In this document: piece by piece, positions 24,999 through 34,931 of the stretch | How the letters are laid out: each line of letters starts with the position of its first letter | Numbering within the stretch: position 1 is the first letter of the stretch | IMG/VR virus record: IMGVR_UViG_3300017917_001342 | Span: 1-64,000 of that record | DNA: 64,000 nucleotides | Reading direction: 5' to 3' (one strand) | Notes under the pieces: model-generated | What the model was told of the DNA's origin: nothing | Databases searched by the model: none | Seen by the model: only the letters and a program-made list of their open reading frames with translations | Translations under genes and position numbers: made by a program

Positions 24999-27113
24999 AT
25001 GAAAGAATTTGGAAAAGTCGACCATTCAGCTAGCACAACACGATTTGATTCTGACGACAGACATCAACGTATGTTGCAGGCAATAACACCGTGGGCTAAA
25101 AAGCTACCACAGAAAAATCTAACACCTGTTGAAGTAAAACCTGCAACACGTAAAACCAAGCTGCTCTTAATGTTGCTGCCAGAGTGGGCGCACAAGTTTC
25201 CGCCCTATAATCTAGCAAGACTTGGCAGTGTCACTAGAGCCGCTGGTTACGAAACTCATATCTGGGACATAAATGTAGCAGCGCGAAGAGATTTTATACA
25301 AAATGATTGGCCTAAAATAAACTACGATCCCTGGGATGGTATGAGAGACTGGCATTGGATGGCTCCGCAGTATTTTGACGATCTGCACGAGTATATGCAG
25401 CCATTGTTAGAAATGTATCTTAAAAAAATCTCAGAACTCAAACCCGATTTAATCGGGTTTACACTGTACTACTGTAATCAGGCTCCGACACTGTGGCTTG
25501 CTCAACAGATAAAACGTCGCTGGCCTCACATTAAAATTGCAGTGGGTGGGTCTGCAACACATCCGCAATATTATAAACCAGATCCGGAATATGATTATGT
25601 CATAAACGGCGAGGGCGAAAATCTACTACTGAAACTGTTAGAAGATATAGAGAACGGTGTAGAACACGTAACACCGTTGACTCTACGTCAACCAGAAAAC
25701 GAAAAGATGGATTTGGACAAATTACCTTTGCCAGACTACAGTTTTTTTGATTTTAATCAGTATGATATACCAAACGGTGTAAACAGTGAACTCAGTAGAG
25801 GCTGCACGGCTAAATGCACATTCTGTGAAGAAACACATTTCTATAGATATCGGCAACGTCAAGCGGGCAGTGTGCTAAAAGAAGTAACACATTTGTATGA
25901 TACCTACGGCATAGACACATTCTGGTTTATTGACAGCCTTGTTAACGGTAATCTAAACGAACTTCGTGCATTTTGCAAAGGTATAGTTGCAGCAGGTATG
26001 AATATACATTGGACTGGCTATGCAAGATGCGACGGTAGAATGGACTTAGACTATTACAAGGACCTTGCTGCCAGTGGATGTGTTGCACTAAACTATGGTT
26101 GTGAAAGTGGCAGTCAAGCAGTGCTCGATGCTATGGATAAACGTGTTAGCGTTGAGGAAATGGAAGCTAACTTTCGCAGCGGCAAACTAACTGGTGTCGA
26201 AGCATATACCAACTGGATAGTTGCATTTCCAACTGAAACACTAGTTGATTTTTCGCACACTATGACTATGCTGTGGAGAAATCGCAACAACAATATAACA
26301 GTTATCAGTCCAGGACAGGGATTTGGCGTAGGGCTTGACACGATTGTTGGACAAAACTTGCCCAAGTTTGGACTCAGTGACATTTACTACATGCGTCAAT
26401 GGATACGTAGCGATTTTACTATGGGTAAATTACATCGCATGATGCGTGTTAAAACCTTTAACATATTTTTAGACAATCTAGTAACAGAACAACCTATTGC
26501 TAAAAGCACTAGGCCCGAACTCAAAAAAACCTACACTATAGAATTTAACAATCCGCAGAGATTAAATGAAATCGAATATGAGTCGTTTGACTACAATATA
26601 ATAAGTGCAAATATAAATCCATTTGCTGATTCAGCGTTGAATGAAATTTGGCCGCTATTGCGCATGCTGTGGAGAACCCGCGGCGGCTATAAAACATATA
26701 TACGATTCAACAAAGACGAAGATTTCAAAGAGTTTGGTAGTAATACTGCATGCCCATTTGATGCAGAGTTTAATTTCGAAATTGACGACCACGGCAAATG
26801 GTCAGCAGATTTTTCATGGAATTTTGATCAGCCAGAAGATCCATGGATGATTGTTGACTATACTAGAGAAACAACCAATGCTAGTATACGTGCAAGACGT
26901 TTAGCCAGACCAGATCTTGCAGATCCAACCAATGCATTTAGTGAAGATGAATGGAACCAAAAAGTTCAGTTGAAACAGCAATATGAACAAATTGATTTGT
27001 CATTTTCACACACATGGTCCGGTCAAGGAAACTGGGGCAAAACTGCTCGTCTTACCCCAGATGAAAATGTCAGCTTGTTTACAGCTATGCTACGTAATAT
27101 TAAATCGCAGTAA
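24999..27113 (+). CDS. Cobalamin-binding radical SAM protein
   Basis: SRGCTAKCTFC (CxxxCxxC); N-terminal B12-binding-like PDLIGFT/IAVGG; GCESGS. Confidence 0.88.
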   Translation: MKEFGKVDHSASTTRFDSDDRHQRMLQAITPWAKKLPQKNLTPVEVKPATRKTKLLLMLLPEWAHKFPPYNLARLGSVTRAAGYETHIWDINVAARRDFIQNDWPKINYDPWDGMRDWHWMAPQYFDDLHEYMQPLLEMYLKKISELKPDLIGFTLYYCNQAPTLWLAQQIKRRWPHIKIAVGGSATHPQYYKPDPEYDYVINGEGENLLLKLLEDIENGVEHVTPLTLRQPENEKMDLDKLPLPDYSFFDFNQYDIPNGVNSELSRGCTAKCTFCEETHFYRYRQRQAGSVLKEVTHLYDTYGIDTFWFIDSLVNGNLNELRAFCKGIVAAGMNIHWTGYARCDGRMDLDYYKDLAASGCVALNYGCESGSQAVLDAMDKRVSVEEMEANFRSGKLTGVEAYTNWIVAFPTETLVDFSHTMTMLWRNRNNNITVISPGQGFGVGLDTIVGQNLPKFGLSDIYYMRQWIRSDFTMGKLHRMMRVKTFNIFLDNLVTEQPIAKSTRPELKKTYTIEFNNPQRLNEIEYESFDYNIISANINPFADSALNEIWPLLRMLWRTRGGYKTYIRFNKDEDFKEFGSNTACPFDAEFNFEIDDHGKWSADFSWNFDQPEDPWMIVDYTRETTNASIRARRLARPDLADPTNAFSEDEWNQKVQLKQQYEQIDLSFSHTWSGQGNWGKTARLTPDENVSLFTAMLRNIKSQ

Positions 27114-27558
27114 GTGCGCCGCCCACTGGATTGATAAGTGTTCTCAACTGCCAACGTGTCTTTGCATGCGAATCCAGTCGTTCTGCAATGTAGTTCATAA
27201 TAGCCTGATTGTCTGCAATCTCAGCAATTTCAAACAATTTGTTAAGGAACATTATCATACGTTCATGATCTTTTAACAGACGATCGATGTAGCCTTTTGC
27301 ATCCAATATGCCTTCTAAGTCATCTACTAAACTAAGAGACTTGTATTCTGCTAAGCTACCTGGTGCAAATGCATCTAGTTCGCGTATTTTTTCTGCAATA
27401 GTATCAACTTGATCAAATAGATCTTGATATTGCTCACCAAACATGCTGTGCAGTTGTGGAAAGAACATACCAGTTACGTTCCAATGTGCATTGTGTGTTT
27501 TGAGATACAATGCAAAATTTGTTGCTAAGAAAACTTTAAGTCCGTCTACAAGATCCAT
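27100..27558 (-). CDS. dps: Dps family ferritin-like protein
   Basis: HWNVTG..F..LH..F.EQY...D.IAE.IR; TATAAATA at 27590-27583; GGAG RBS. Confidence 0.93.
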   Translation of the reverse strand: MDLVDGLKVFLATNFALYLKTHNAHWNVTGMFFPQLHSMFGEQYQDLFDQVDTIAEKIRELDAFAPGSLAEYKSLSLVDDLEGILDAKGYIDRLLKDHERMIMFLNKLFEIAEIADNQAIMNYIAERLDSHAKTRWQLRTLINPVGGALTAI

Positions 27559-27600
27559 GATACAACTCCGCTGTGCTGATGATATTTATACACACAGTTA

Positions 27601-28419
27601 TTAATTTGATCCGCACTGTGTTTTTTTAGCTGTAGTCAATGTTTTGAAATTAGCTGGCCAAATCGTAGTTGATTTTTTATTTTTGTCAACAGTGTTTGGT
27701 ACAGGAAAAGTTATACCAGACAACTGTTCAATTTCACCGATGCTAACTGATACTGTGGATAAATCAGTACCTTGTCCTTCTCGTTGCGGAAACAAAAATG
27801 CCTGCGCCTGTTGCGTATTGTTGTCTATTATGATCTTATAGAGATAATCTGGTACAACTACAGAATTAGAACCTATAGTTTTACTTGTGCCAACGGTGTA
27901 AATGTTACCGGCATATACTGTATATGTGTGTTTAGTGGTCCACGCCCAGGTACGTTCTGTAGTTTCAAGTACTTTCCATATGCCTCTGTTGAGTCCTGGT
28001 AATTGCGGACTCATGTTGCTCAACAAAAAGCTTTCATACATTGCATCTTCATTGAATGCCATACTAGCAGCACTGGCAATATGCCCAATGTCATATCCAC
28101 TTTTAGCGTAGTCATCTAACTCTGATTGCTGCCAATCTGGTAAGCTACGGTCTTCTGCAAATGAATTGCTTCTTGGTATACAACCCACAGCACGATCCGG
28201 TGTTAATGTGTATGTTACCCAAATTGGAATTTTCGCAACAATGTCATATTCTAAAATGTATGCACTTCTACATATTAATGTATTACCAACTCGAGTACTT
28301 GGCATACCCCAAGGCGTTAGTGCAGCGCATTGTTCTACTGGTCGAGGTGAAGATTGATCCCATGCAAATGCATGCATAGGTGTAACCAACAGAAATATAG
28401 CGAGAATTTTTGATAACAT
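27601..28419 (-). CDS. DNA/RNA non-specific endonuclease (NucA/EndoG-like) with signal peptide
   Basis: YDIGH, SNMSPQ...NRG.W; N-terminal MLSKILAIFLLVTPMHAFA. Confidence 0.88.
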   Translation of the reverse strand: MLSKILAIFLLVTPMHAFAWDQSSPRPVEQCAALTPWGMPSTRVGNTLICRSAYILEYDIVAKIPIWVTYTLTPDRAVGCIPRSNSFAEDRSLPDWQQSELDDYAKSGYDIGHIASAASMAFNEDAMYESFLLSNMSPQLPGLNRGIWKVLETTERTWAWTTKHTYTVYAGNIYTVGTSKTIGSNSVVVPDYLYKIIIDNNTQQAQAFLFPQREGQGTDLSTVSVSIGEIEQLSGITFPVPNTVDKNKKSTTIWPANFKTLTTAKKTQCGSN

Positions 28420-28423
28420 TTAA

Positions 28424-28448
28424 TACTCCGTTTATCGGAGTACTTATC
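28424..28448 (-). promoter_or_regulatory. Late-type promoter GATAAGTA with hairpin occluding the GGAG RBS
   Basis: TACTCCG-ataaa-CGGAGTA. Confidence 0.6.
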
Positions 28449-28674
28449 ACGGAATATAGTGAGCGATCAGTTCCATACCCAAATGATTTGCAAGCCATTG
28501 TCCAGGTCTGTTTGACATGCGATTGAAAATCACTTTGGTATTGGCAATGATTAGAGTAATGGTTTTACCATCTTTGCTGGTTCTATCGAGAATAGCATCG
28601 ATGGTTTTGTTGGTGTTGCTGTTAGTAACTTTGACCTTGCGAGTATTGTAGTCTTTAGTACTAATATCGCCCAT
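28447..28674 (-). CDS. Hypothetical protein
   Basis: ORF in tight operon. Confidence 0.6.
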   Translation of the reverse strand: MGDISTKDYNTRKVKVTNSNTNKTIDAILDRTSKDGKTITLIIANTKVIFNRMSNRPGQWLANHLGMELIAHYIP

Positions 28675-28678
28675 TGAA

Positions 28679-28909
28679 TTATTCCCTTAGCAGTTTGAAC
28701 ATTACGGATTCAGTTGGTACTATCAATATATCTTTGGGATATCGTAGCACAGTGTATTCAAGTTTCCTAGATTTTAATGTGATCATTTTTGGATTTATTT
28801 TTTCAACTAGGAATATTCTTAACGAGTTACTTTCAAAAGACACTGCATATTGACCCAATGCAATTTCTTCACCAAATATATCTCGATGTGCAACAAGTTT
28901 TTTAGCCAT
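28679..28909 (-). CDS. Hypothetical (SH3-like, RDIFG.EI..G)
   Basis: ORF in tight operon, GAGG RBS. Confidence 0.65.
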   Translation of the reverse strand: MAKKLVAHRDIFGEEIALGQYAVSFESNSLRIFLVEKINPKMITLKSRKLEYTVLRYPKDILIVPTESVMFKLLRE

Positions 28910-29600
28910 TTAACCCTCGCAATATGCTCCATGTTTCTTGCCAGTTTTTTACATGATAACAAATGCCAAGGTTATTGTCCCAGATAGCTTTAGCTAAGGA
29001 ATAATCATTGCCAGCTTTGTCCATACGGTCACCAAAGAAGTGCAGAGGTTGCTGGATAGATTCGTGATCAACTATTTGACTTTTACCACAGCCGCGTTTG
29101 GATATGTCAAGCCCGGTTTCGCCTGCAACACCTACTTCGATGTCTGGCCATTTACTGCGTATTTCAGCAGCAACTCTAAGTCGTTCACCCTCTACACAGT
29201 CATATTCATAATAGGACTTGCGTTCTTTTAATGAAGCATTACGTCCTACTATGCTGAAATTGCACAGTCCTACACGTTTTTCAATATGCTTACCTGTTTT
29301 GATCGACCATTGGCTTTCCTGTAGTTTTTGCTCTAAAAACTGCTCAAGATCACTCGGCAATGTCCAGTCGCTTCGGTAAAACTCTTTGCCGTGTTTGAAT
29401 ATGTGATTGCCAGAACAGTTATAGACTACTGTGCTGTTGTAGAGTTCGTCGCCTATTTGTTCTCTAGTCTTTGCTGGATCAGATCCTGTTACTAGAACAA
29501 AGTCCTTTTTTAAATCGCGTAATAGCCATAGTCTGAACTGTTCATCTATACGGCCTCTACTAGGAGTCAGTGTACCATCTACATCAAATATCAATAGCAT
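28902..29600 (-). CDS. HAD-superfamily phosphomannomutase (eukaryote-type PMM-like)
   Basis: FDVDGTLT, NFSIVGR, FFGD...GNDY. Confidence 0.85.
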   Translation of the reverse strand: MLLIFDVDGTLTPSRGRIDEQFRLWLLRDLKKDFVLVTGSDPAKTREQIGDELYNSTVVYNCSGNHIFKHGKEFYRSDWTLPSDLEQFLEQKLQESQWSIKTGKHIEKRVGLCNFSIVGRNASLKERKSYYEYDCVEGERLRVAAEIRSKWPDIEVGVAGETGLDISKRGCGKSQIVDHESIQQPLHFFGDRMDKAGNDYSLAKAIWDNNLGICYHVKNWQETWSILRGLNG

Positions 29601-29609
29601 TGTGAGCCT

Positions 29610-29840
29610 TTACACTAATATTAATCCAGCTACGTATACTGCAACCATACCAGCATTCAACACTACTAAACTGCGTTCTTTCCATAGTACACCTGTGATT
29701 GCCCATAGACTGTTAGCAATGATAAACGGTACATGATGCCAGTGCCAGTCTGGTACAAAGCTGGCTAATATTGCAGCAACTATCAGTCCTGCTGTAGCTA
29801 GCCAAGCTAGCCATTGGTATGGTTTAGTTTCAGTGTTCAT
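29610..29840 (-). CDS. Small three-TM membrane protein
   Basis: Hydrophobic segments. Confidence 0.7.
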   Translation of the reverse strand: MNTETKPYQWLAWLATAGLIVAAILASFVPDWHWHHVPFIIANSLWAITGVLWKERSLVVLNAGMVAVYVAGLILV

Positions 29841-30195
29841 CGTTATCTTTCGTTAATGTTAATAACAGATCCATTTGATCTCGCAGAGATTGCAAGCCGG
29901 AATTTTGTTTGATTTTAGTTAATTCTGTAGCCCAACCTGTTGCACCGGACCAACCGTCAACACCGCCATTGTTGCTCCACAATGCCCAGGCTTCTGGCAA
30001 GTACTGCTCATACCATTCAGTGTCGTTAACTGTGACCATTCCGAAAAATGCATTACCATCTAGCATTGCTAGAGTTTCAGCAATCGGTCGCAGATACTGT
30101 TTTTCTTCATCAGTGAAGGCTGTACGAAGCGGCAATTTTGCATGCAGCTTGTATTCAAAAACATGCCGTTCGTCTTGTGTTTCTACGTCTATCAT
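29830..30195 (-). CDS. Hypothetical protein
   Basis: ORF in operon. Confidence 0.7.
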   Translation of the reverse strand: MIDVETQDERHVFEYKLHAKLPLRTAFTDEEKQYLRPIAETLAMLDGNAFFGMVTVNDTEWYEQYLPEAWALWSNNGGVDGWSGATGWATELTKIKQNSGLQSLRDQMDLLLTLTKDNDEH

Positions 30196-30219
30196 GTGTT
30201 GATTATACCGTGGTATTTG

Positions 30220-31308
30220 TTATATGTCTAGTAGAATTGATTTTACAGTGTTTTCAAACTGTTGATATTGTGTGTCATACAATGCAAATTTCAACTTGAT
30301 GCAGAGATCATAGTTGTAGTCAAATCTATGAAGCTGTGATAACTTATAGTCAATTAACCGGTTCAATGGCATTTGACAAATCTGTTCCAATTGATCAATT
30401 GCCATAGTCATTCGTCGAATTGGATCTGATTCATTATCGTAACTGTGATCAATTATGTCGTCAAATAGATCAAACCCTAGATCTCTAGCCATGTTGGCCT
30501 GACCTTTTGCTGCAATCCATATTGGCAATTGCTTTAGAAGGAAACACTTTTCAGTTTTTTCTGTTAAGAACGGATCGTTCCATGCTGGTACATTCCATTC
30601 ATGTGATGTTTCTAATATCACATTACATGCTGCACCAGTTACTTCTGGCATCGTTATAGGACCTTCATGTTGCTGTATGCCGTCCACATAACCATCTAAC
30701 AGCATAGGAAATCTATGCTGCCATCGTGTTGGTACATGTTGCTCATATGGGGCTCTAGAGTTTTCGCCATGATAACCACACCCACAACTCATATAACCAT
30801 AGTGATCTAAGTTTCTTTCTAATATCAGCACTGCGGCTTTAATACGATGTATTCGAGGAATTCTTCCAAGCATTACAAAGTGATGCGTTGGACAAAGTTG
30901 CGGTCTGGCATTCTGCTCAGCAACGTTGTTTAAAAATATATCGTGTGTAGTAACGGTCTTGATAGGCAACTGACAAACAGTTTTAGCACCGCTCCACAAT
31001 ATTATGCGTTGTGGATCAATGTTGTAATTGTTACACATGTGCTCAACTGTGGTGGCAATTTGTAACCATCCTGGGCCTTCACTATGCGCACTTAGTATTA
31101 CTATGGGATTGCGATCTAACACGGTCTCAAGCTGAGACCATCTGAAATTCTGCTTTATTGCAGTGCAGAGTATGTGTCCTATATCGTGTATAAAAAAGTA
31201 AGCGTTGGGAAATAGGTAATTGATGCGTTGCATGTACGGTTGCCACATGTGATTGGCAGTACCGTAGTGATATTGATAATTGTCTTGTTGCTCAACGTTT
31301 AATAGCAT
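30220..31308 (-). CDS. Hypothetical, possible glycosyltransferase-like protein
   Basis: FLTEKT.K...GFDLFDDIIDHSYD block; TEK resembles a GT-B nucleotide-sugar motif (weak). Confidence 0.55.
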   Translation of the reverse strand: MLLNVEQQDNYQYHYGTANHMWQPYMQRINYLFPNAYFFIHDIGHILCTAIKQNFRWSQLETVLDRNPIVILSAHSEGPGWLQIATTVEHMCNNYNIDPQRIILWSGAKTVCQLPIKTVTTHDIFLNNVAEQNARPQLCPTHHFVMLGRIPRIHRIKAAVLILERNLDHYGYMSCGCGYHGENSRAPYEQHVPTRWQHRFPMLLDGYVDGIQQHEGPITMPEVTGAACNVILETSHEWNVPAWNDPFLTEKTEKCFLLKQLPIWIAAKGQANMARDLGFDLFDDIIDHSYDNESDPIRRMTMAIDQLEQICQMPLNRLIDYKLSQLHRFDYNYDLCIKLKFALYDTQYQQFENTVKSILLDI

Positions 31309-31724
31309 TATACAAATATAGTACGCAGTACTTTTGTAAGATCTCTGTTCAACATCTTAAATGCTGTATCATAATCAACAACTGCATAGTTGTCCATCTC
31401 CGGCGTCATTACACCATGATAGTCAAATAGACTAGGACAATGCAGTGTTTTAACATCCGGCATTTGCTCAACACTGTGTTTGAATAGCACAATTTGTTTG
31501 TTGTGTTTATATTCGTATTCACCTAGAAATTCAATTTGATCTATAGTCAATTCAATGCCGGTTTCTTCTGCTAGTTCACGTACAGCAGTTTCGGCAAATG
31601 ACTCACCGGGATCCTGTCGGCCTTTGGGAAGGTTCCATGTGACATTGTGTGTGGGATGGCAAATTAGCAATTGTGTACCATTGGTGATCAACACACCGCA
31701 GGTGATCTGTTTTGGTTTATTCAT
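31308..31724 (-). CDS. NUDIX hydrolase
   Basis: G..DPGE....TAVRELAEETG Nudix box. Confidence 0.93.
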   Translation of the reverse strand: MNKPKQITCGVLITNGTQLLICHPTHNVTWNLPKGRQDPGESFAETAVRELAEETGIELTIDQIEFLGEYEYKHNKQIVLFKHSVEQMPDVKTLHCPSLFDYHGVMTPEMDNYAVVDYDTAFKMLNRDLTKVLRTIFV

Positions 31725-32022
31725 ACGTCACGGGGCTCCATAGTGCTTTGAATTGTTCGGCTGTGTCTGACGACCTAAACAACACAGCCCCGCTAGGATG
31801 AATCAGATACTCTCTCGGTGAATGCTCTTGGCACCAATCCATAATAGCTGCGTGAGGATGCGTTGCATGATCATACAGTACAGCATACTTATAGCCCTTG
31901 TCAAGCCAAACATCATGAACTGCTATCTGACCATCACAAAAGAAACGATGTGCAATCCAACCCCTTGGCCTATGTATCCATTTGCTTTCAAAAATCTCAG
32001 CACCGAAAATTCTTACTCTCAT
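31717..32022 (-). CDS. FxLxW microprotein
   Basis: DWCQEH...FRSSDTAEQFKALWS. Confidence 0.8.
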   Translation of the reverse strand: MRVRIFGAEIFESKWIHRPRGWIAHRFFCDGQIAVHDVWLDKGYKYAVLYDHATHPHAAIMDWCQEHSPREYLIHPSGAVLFRSSDTAEQFKALWSPVTYE

Positions 32023-32282
32023 GAATACCTCAATACAAATGCCATACGTTGTTCAGCACTTTTAAACTCTACACTGCCTTTGTTGTCTATTAACTCTGCA
32101 TCATATTTTGCCAATTCGTCATCTGCAAGACTTCGCCAATAACGAAACGGCATACCGCTTCTACGAGTCATACCGTCGTAGTCTGCTATAATAGCAAGTT
32201 TAAAATTATCCCATAGGTCAGTGTCGACTATTTCAACAGTATAATTGTGCTTGGTAATACTGTATACTGTAAGTGAGTACAT
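32019..32282 (-). CDS. FxLxW microprotein
   Basis: FKSAEQRMAFVLRYS*. Confidence 0.75.
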   Translation of the reverse strand: MYSLTVYSITKHNYTVEIVDTDLWDNFKLAIIADYDGMTRRSGMPFRYWRSLADDELAKYDAELIDNKGSVEFKSAEQRMAFVLRYS

Positions 32283-32302
32283 ATTGACTTTTAAAGCTAA
32301 TA

Positions 32303-32551
32303 TTAACCCCAAATTAGTCTAAAATGCACAGCATCGGTAGGATCAGTAAATTTCATGTCTGTGACTAAAACTGTCGATTCACCTGGTTCGAGGCGTGAAT
32401 TTTTAAAATCAAAAAGTACATATTCTTGTGGTACAAAGCTTGGGCAATGATCTATTGCCCACTGTATAGCCATTCCTATACGTATTTTACCGTTTGTGCG
32501 GCCTTTAGAAGTGTCGAGTTCAAATTTCAAAGTTGTCATTTTTACATCCAT
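32303..32551 (-). CDS. FxLxW microprotein
   Basis: QWAIDHC...FTDPTDAVHFRLIWG*. Confidence 0.8.
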   Translation of the reverse strand: MDVKMTTLKFELDTSKGRTNGKIRIGMAIQWAIDHCPSFVPQEYVLFDFKNSRLEPGESTVLVTDMKFTDPTDAVHFRLIWG

Positions 32552-32742
32552 GTTAATTTAAATAGTGTTGCAAATTCATTAGTACTAAAATAGAAAGTTG
32601 CTGAACCACTGAGGTCGTAAGTGTAACTCCAATCTCTAACACTTTCACCGATATTGTCCTTACACCACAGTTTCATTTCGGTTCGTTGATCCATAGATAC
32701 GTTAATCACTGTAACAGGAAAATTATGATAATATACCATCAT
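32542..32742 (-). CDS. FxLxW microprotein
   Basis: WCKDNIG...FSTNEFATLFKLTWM*. Confidence 0.8.
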   Translation of the reverse strand: MMVYYHNFPVTVINVSMDQRTEMKLWCKDNIGESVRDWSYTYDLSGSATFYFSTNEFATLFKLTWM

Positions 32743-32948
32743 AGCCAAACCAGTTTAAACAGTGTTAGATCCTTTTGGCTAGTGAAATGCAATTCATATA
32801 CATAATCACTTGTTAAGCTAACGTCACTGACGTCAACAATTTTAAAACCATGGTAACAGCTACAGTTGTCTTTTGCCCACTGATCTATAGCTGACATTTC
32901 AGTAAGAGAAAACTGTGTGTCACTGAGATAGTAATCAATTACGTCCAT
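32739..32948 (-). CDS. FxLxW microprotein
   Basis: QWAKDNC...FTSQKDLTLFKLVWL*. Confidence 0.8.
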   Translation of the reverse strand: MDVIDYYLSDTQFSLTEMSAIDQWAKDNCSCYHGFKIVDVSDVSLTSDYVYELHFTSQKDLTLFKLVWL

Positions 32949-33172
32949 TTTAACACAAACTCAAACCATTTGTCATCGTCGTCGAACTGTATAAAGCGTT
33001 TGCGATTTTCCTGTTTAACAACACCGCCATGTTCAAACAACCAGTCTTCAAATTCATTAGTATGATGATGTCTTGACATACGTTGATATGAATAATGATA
33101 GTATGTGTTAAATCGCAGCGCCCGCCAACGATTATACACAGTGTCTAATTGATCGGGGGTTGTACGCTTCAT
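32939..33172 (-). CDS. FxLxW microprotein
   Basis: DWLFEHG...FDDDDKWFEFVLKWT*. Confidence 0.8.
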   Translation of the reverse strand: MKRTTPDQLDTVYNRWRALRFNTYYHYSYQRMSRHHHTNEFEDWLFEHGGVVKQENRKRFIQFDDDDKWFEFVLKWT

Positions 33173-33369
33173 GACAGACACGTTAATCTAAATGCAATAA
33201 GTAGATCTTGATTTTTGAAATAGAATACACGGCCAAGTTGAAGCCAATCTTCATACTCACAGTTTTCTGTACACCATGCAATCTGCTGCGGCGTCACAGA
33301 CGGTACATTGATATAATACCAACCTTCATCGTGCTCTATTACACCACGGTCATGATCTTCTGGGCTCAT
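33169..33369 (-). CDS. FxLxW microprotein
   Basis: WCTENC...FKNQDLLIAFRLTCLS*. Confidence 0.75.
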   Translation of the reverse strand: MSPEDHDRGVIEHDEGWYYINVPSVTPQQIAWCTENCEYEDWLQLGRVFYFKNQDLLIAFRLTCLS

Positions 33370-33641
33370 AGCAGTTTCAATCGAAATTCTAATAGCTGTT
33401 CTTCGTTATCAAATTCAATATACGGTCTTTTAACATCATTCATATAATTACCGTCGCTTATAAATCTAGGTGCTACTACAGTTATTTTGCAGGTGTAAGT
33501 GTCATTGAACCATCGCTCAAGTCCATAATAATAATTTGCATCTAACCATACACGCCGATTTGTATATTTTGCAATGTGATATGCGTCTTTTATTTTTTCG
33601 TATAGTACAGGATGGTCCTTTAATAACAATACAACAGTCAT
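33366..33641 (-). CDS. FxLxW microprotein
   Basis: FDNEEQLLEFRLKLL*. Confidence 0.75.
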   Translation of the reverse strand: MTVVLLLKDHPVLYEKIKDAYHIAKYTNRRVWLDANYYYGLERWFNDTYTCKITVVAPRFISDGNYMNDVKRPYIEFDNEEQLLEFRLKLL

Positions 33642-33922
33642 GACCACCTCAACTGAAATGCCAGCAGTGCAGCATCATCCTCAAACTTCAAATACCAATC
33701 GCCGTTGTCTTTAACCATTCTTCTCAACGACAAATTATAGACTTTACGGTCAGATTTTGTATGTCTGCACAATGTAACTTGATACGGTTCCTGTGCTAAC
33801 ACACTGTTAATATCGTCTTTGTGCAGTGGTCGTTTTAGTCCTGCACATTGTTGATGTATAAAATTTTGATAAGGCTTTGGTGATACTGCAACACCTGGCC
33901 CGAGCTCTAGTATTGCAACCAT
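33638..33922 (-). CDS. FxLxW microprotein
   Basis: FEDDAALLAFQLRWS*. Confidence 0.8.
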   Translation of the reverse strand: MVAILELGPGVAVSPKPYQNFIHQQCAGLKRPLHKDDINSVLAQEPYQVTLCRHTKSDRKVYNLSLRRMVKDNGDWYLKFEDDAALLAFQLRWS

Positions 33923-33923
33923 G

Positions 33924-34172
33924 TTAACTCCACGCCATTAGAAACATCAAACGATCAGCTTCTGTACGAAATGCATACCCGGGTCGTTCACGCTGGCCAG
34001 TTTTGTCTTTTATACGCTGCATTTCAATCCCTGCTTCTTCTGCCCACTTCTCCATGCTGTGAGAATAGATATAACTGAACGCTAACCATCCCATACCTGT
34101 TGCTCTTGCAACATAAGAGAATTCCTCGTCGATGTCAACAATGCCTTCTAGTCGAAATTTTAAGATGCCCAT
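33924..34172 (-). CDS. FxLxW microprotein
   Basis: KWAEE...FRTEADRLMFLMAWS*. Confidence 0.8.
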   Translation of the reverse strand: MGILKFRLEGIVDIDEEFSYVARATGMGWLAFSYIYSHSMEKWAEEAGIEMQRIKDKTGQRERPGYAFRTEADRLMFLMAWS

Positions 34173-34402
34173 GTTAGTGTAAACAGCGTAGCGTCCTCTG
34201 CGTTTTCAAACAGCCAACGATCGTGGTATGCTCGCCAATCTCCCTGTATGTTTTTCATCCAACTGCCAATGTCTTCTATAGCAACTTTATTTTGCACCAG
34301 TGTCCATCCGAGATTCAAGTAGTGCTGTGTACGAATTTCAGTCAGTACTTCTTTGTCGATTTCTTCTTGCAGTATTTTAGCGATATCATCTTCTATTGTC
34401 AT
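34160..34402 (-). CDS. FxLxW microprotein
   Basis: FENAEDATLFTLTWAS*. Confidence 0.8.
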   Translation of the reverse strand: MTIEDDIAKILQEEIDKEVLTEIRTQHYLNLGWTLVQNKVAIEDIGSWMKNIQGDWRAYHDRWLFENAEDATLFTLTWAS

Positions 34403-34719
34403 AACCAAGTTAACTTTGCTAATGTCGCAGCAGCACCTTTGCCTTTGCGTATCTTTATTAATGCTGCATTATTTGCATCTGTTGGCACATTGAGAATGTA
34501 CGCATTATATCGTGGATGTATAAACCATTGCCAATCAAAGCCTTGACGACCAACGTGCTCATCAAACCACGGTTTATAAACATCGTCTGGTGTAGTTTCT
34601 CTTACTGTGAATTTACTGTGATGTACCCAACCATTGGGCCATGGTAGCAGTAACTCGTAACCCGTCATGTATCGCCACCATAGTCTATGTCGCAATTGAT
34701 GTTTTAATAAGGTAACCAT
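34399..34719 (-). CDS. FxLxW microprotein (degenerate motif)
   Basis: PWFDEHVGRQGFDW...ATLAKLTWL*. Confidence 0.7.
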   Translation of the reverse strand: MVTLLKHQLRHRLWWRYMTGYELLLPWPNGWVHHSKFTVRETTPDDVYKPWFDEHVGRQGFDWQWFIHPRYNAYILNVPTDANNAALIKIRKGKGAAATLAKLTWL

Positions 34720-34931
34720 GTTAGCCTAAAGTACATGGCATCAGATTCTTTTTTAAAACGCCACCAACAGATGTTGGAAATGTTGTCGTTATAACAACTC
34801 CATTTGCCTCTGACATTTGCCCGCAGCCAATTGGTTACACGAAGCAGCACGTCTTGGTCATCAACTGATGCTGCAAACTCTATCCAACCTTCTGTATAGT
34901 CTGGAAACATCTGTTCTTTAGTCATCTTCAT
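34704..34931 (-). CDS. FxLxW microprotein
   Basis: WLRANV...FKKESDAMYFRLTWLPY*. Confidence 0.8.
   Translation of the reverse strand: MKMTKEQMFPDYTEGWIEFAASVDDQDVLLRVTNWLRANVRGKWSCYNDNISNICWWRFKKESDAMYFRLTWLPY

Noticed and set aside
27558-27600. RBS hairpin at dps (and at 12239, 16803)
   Set aside because: Only weak or partial pairing; not counted among the five switches
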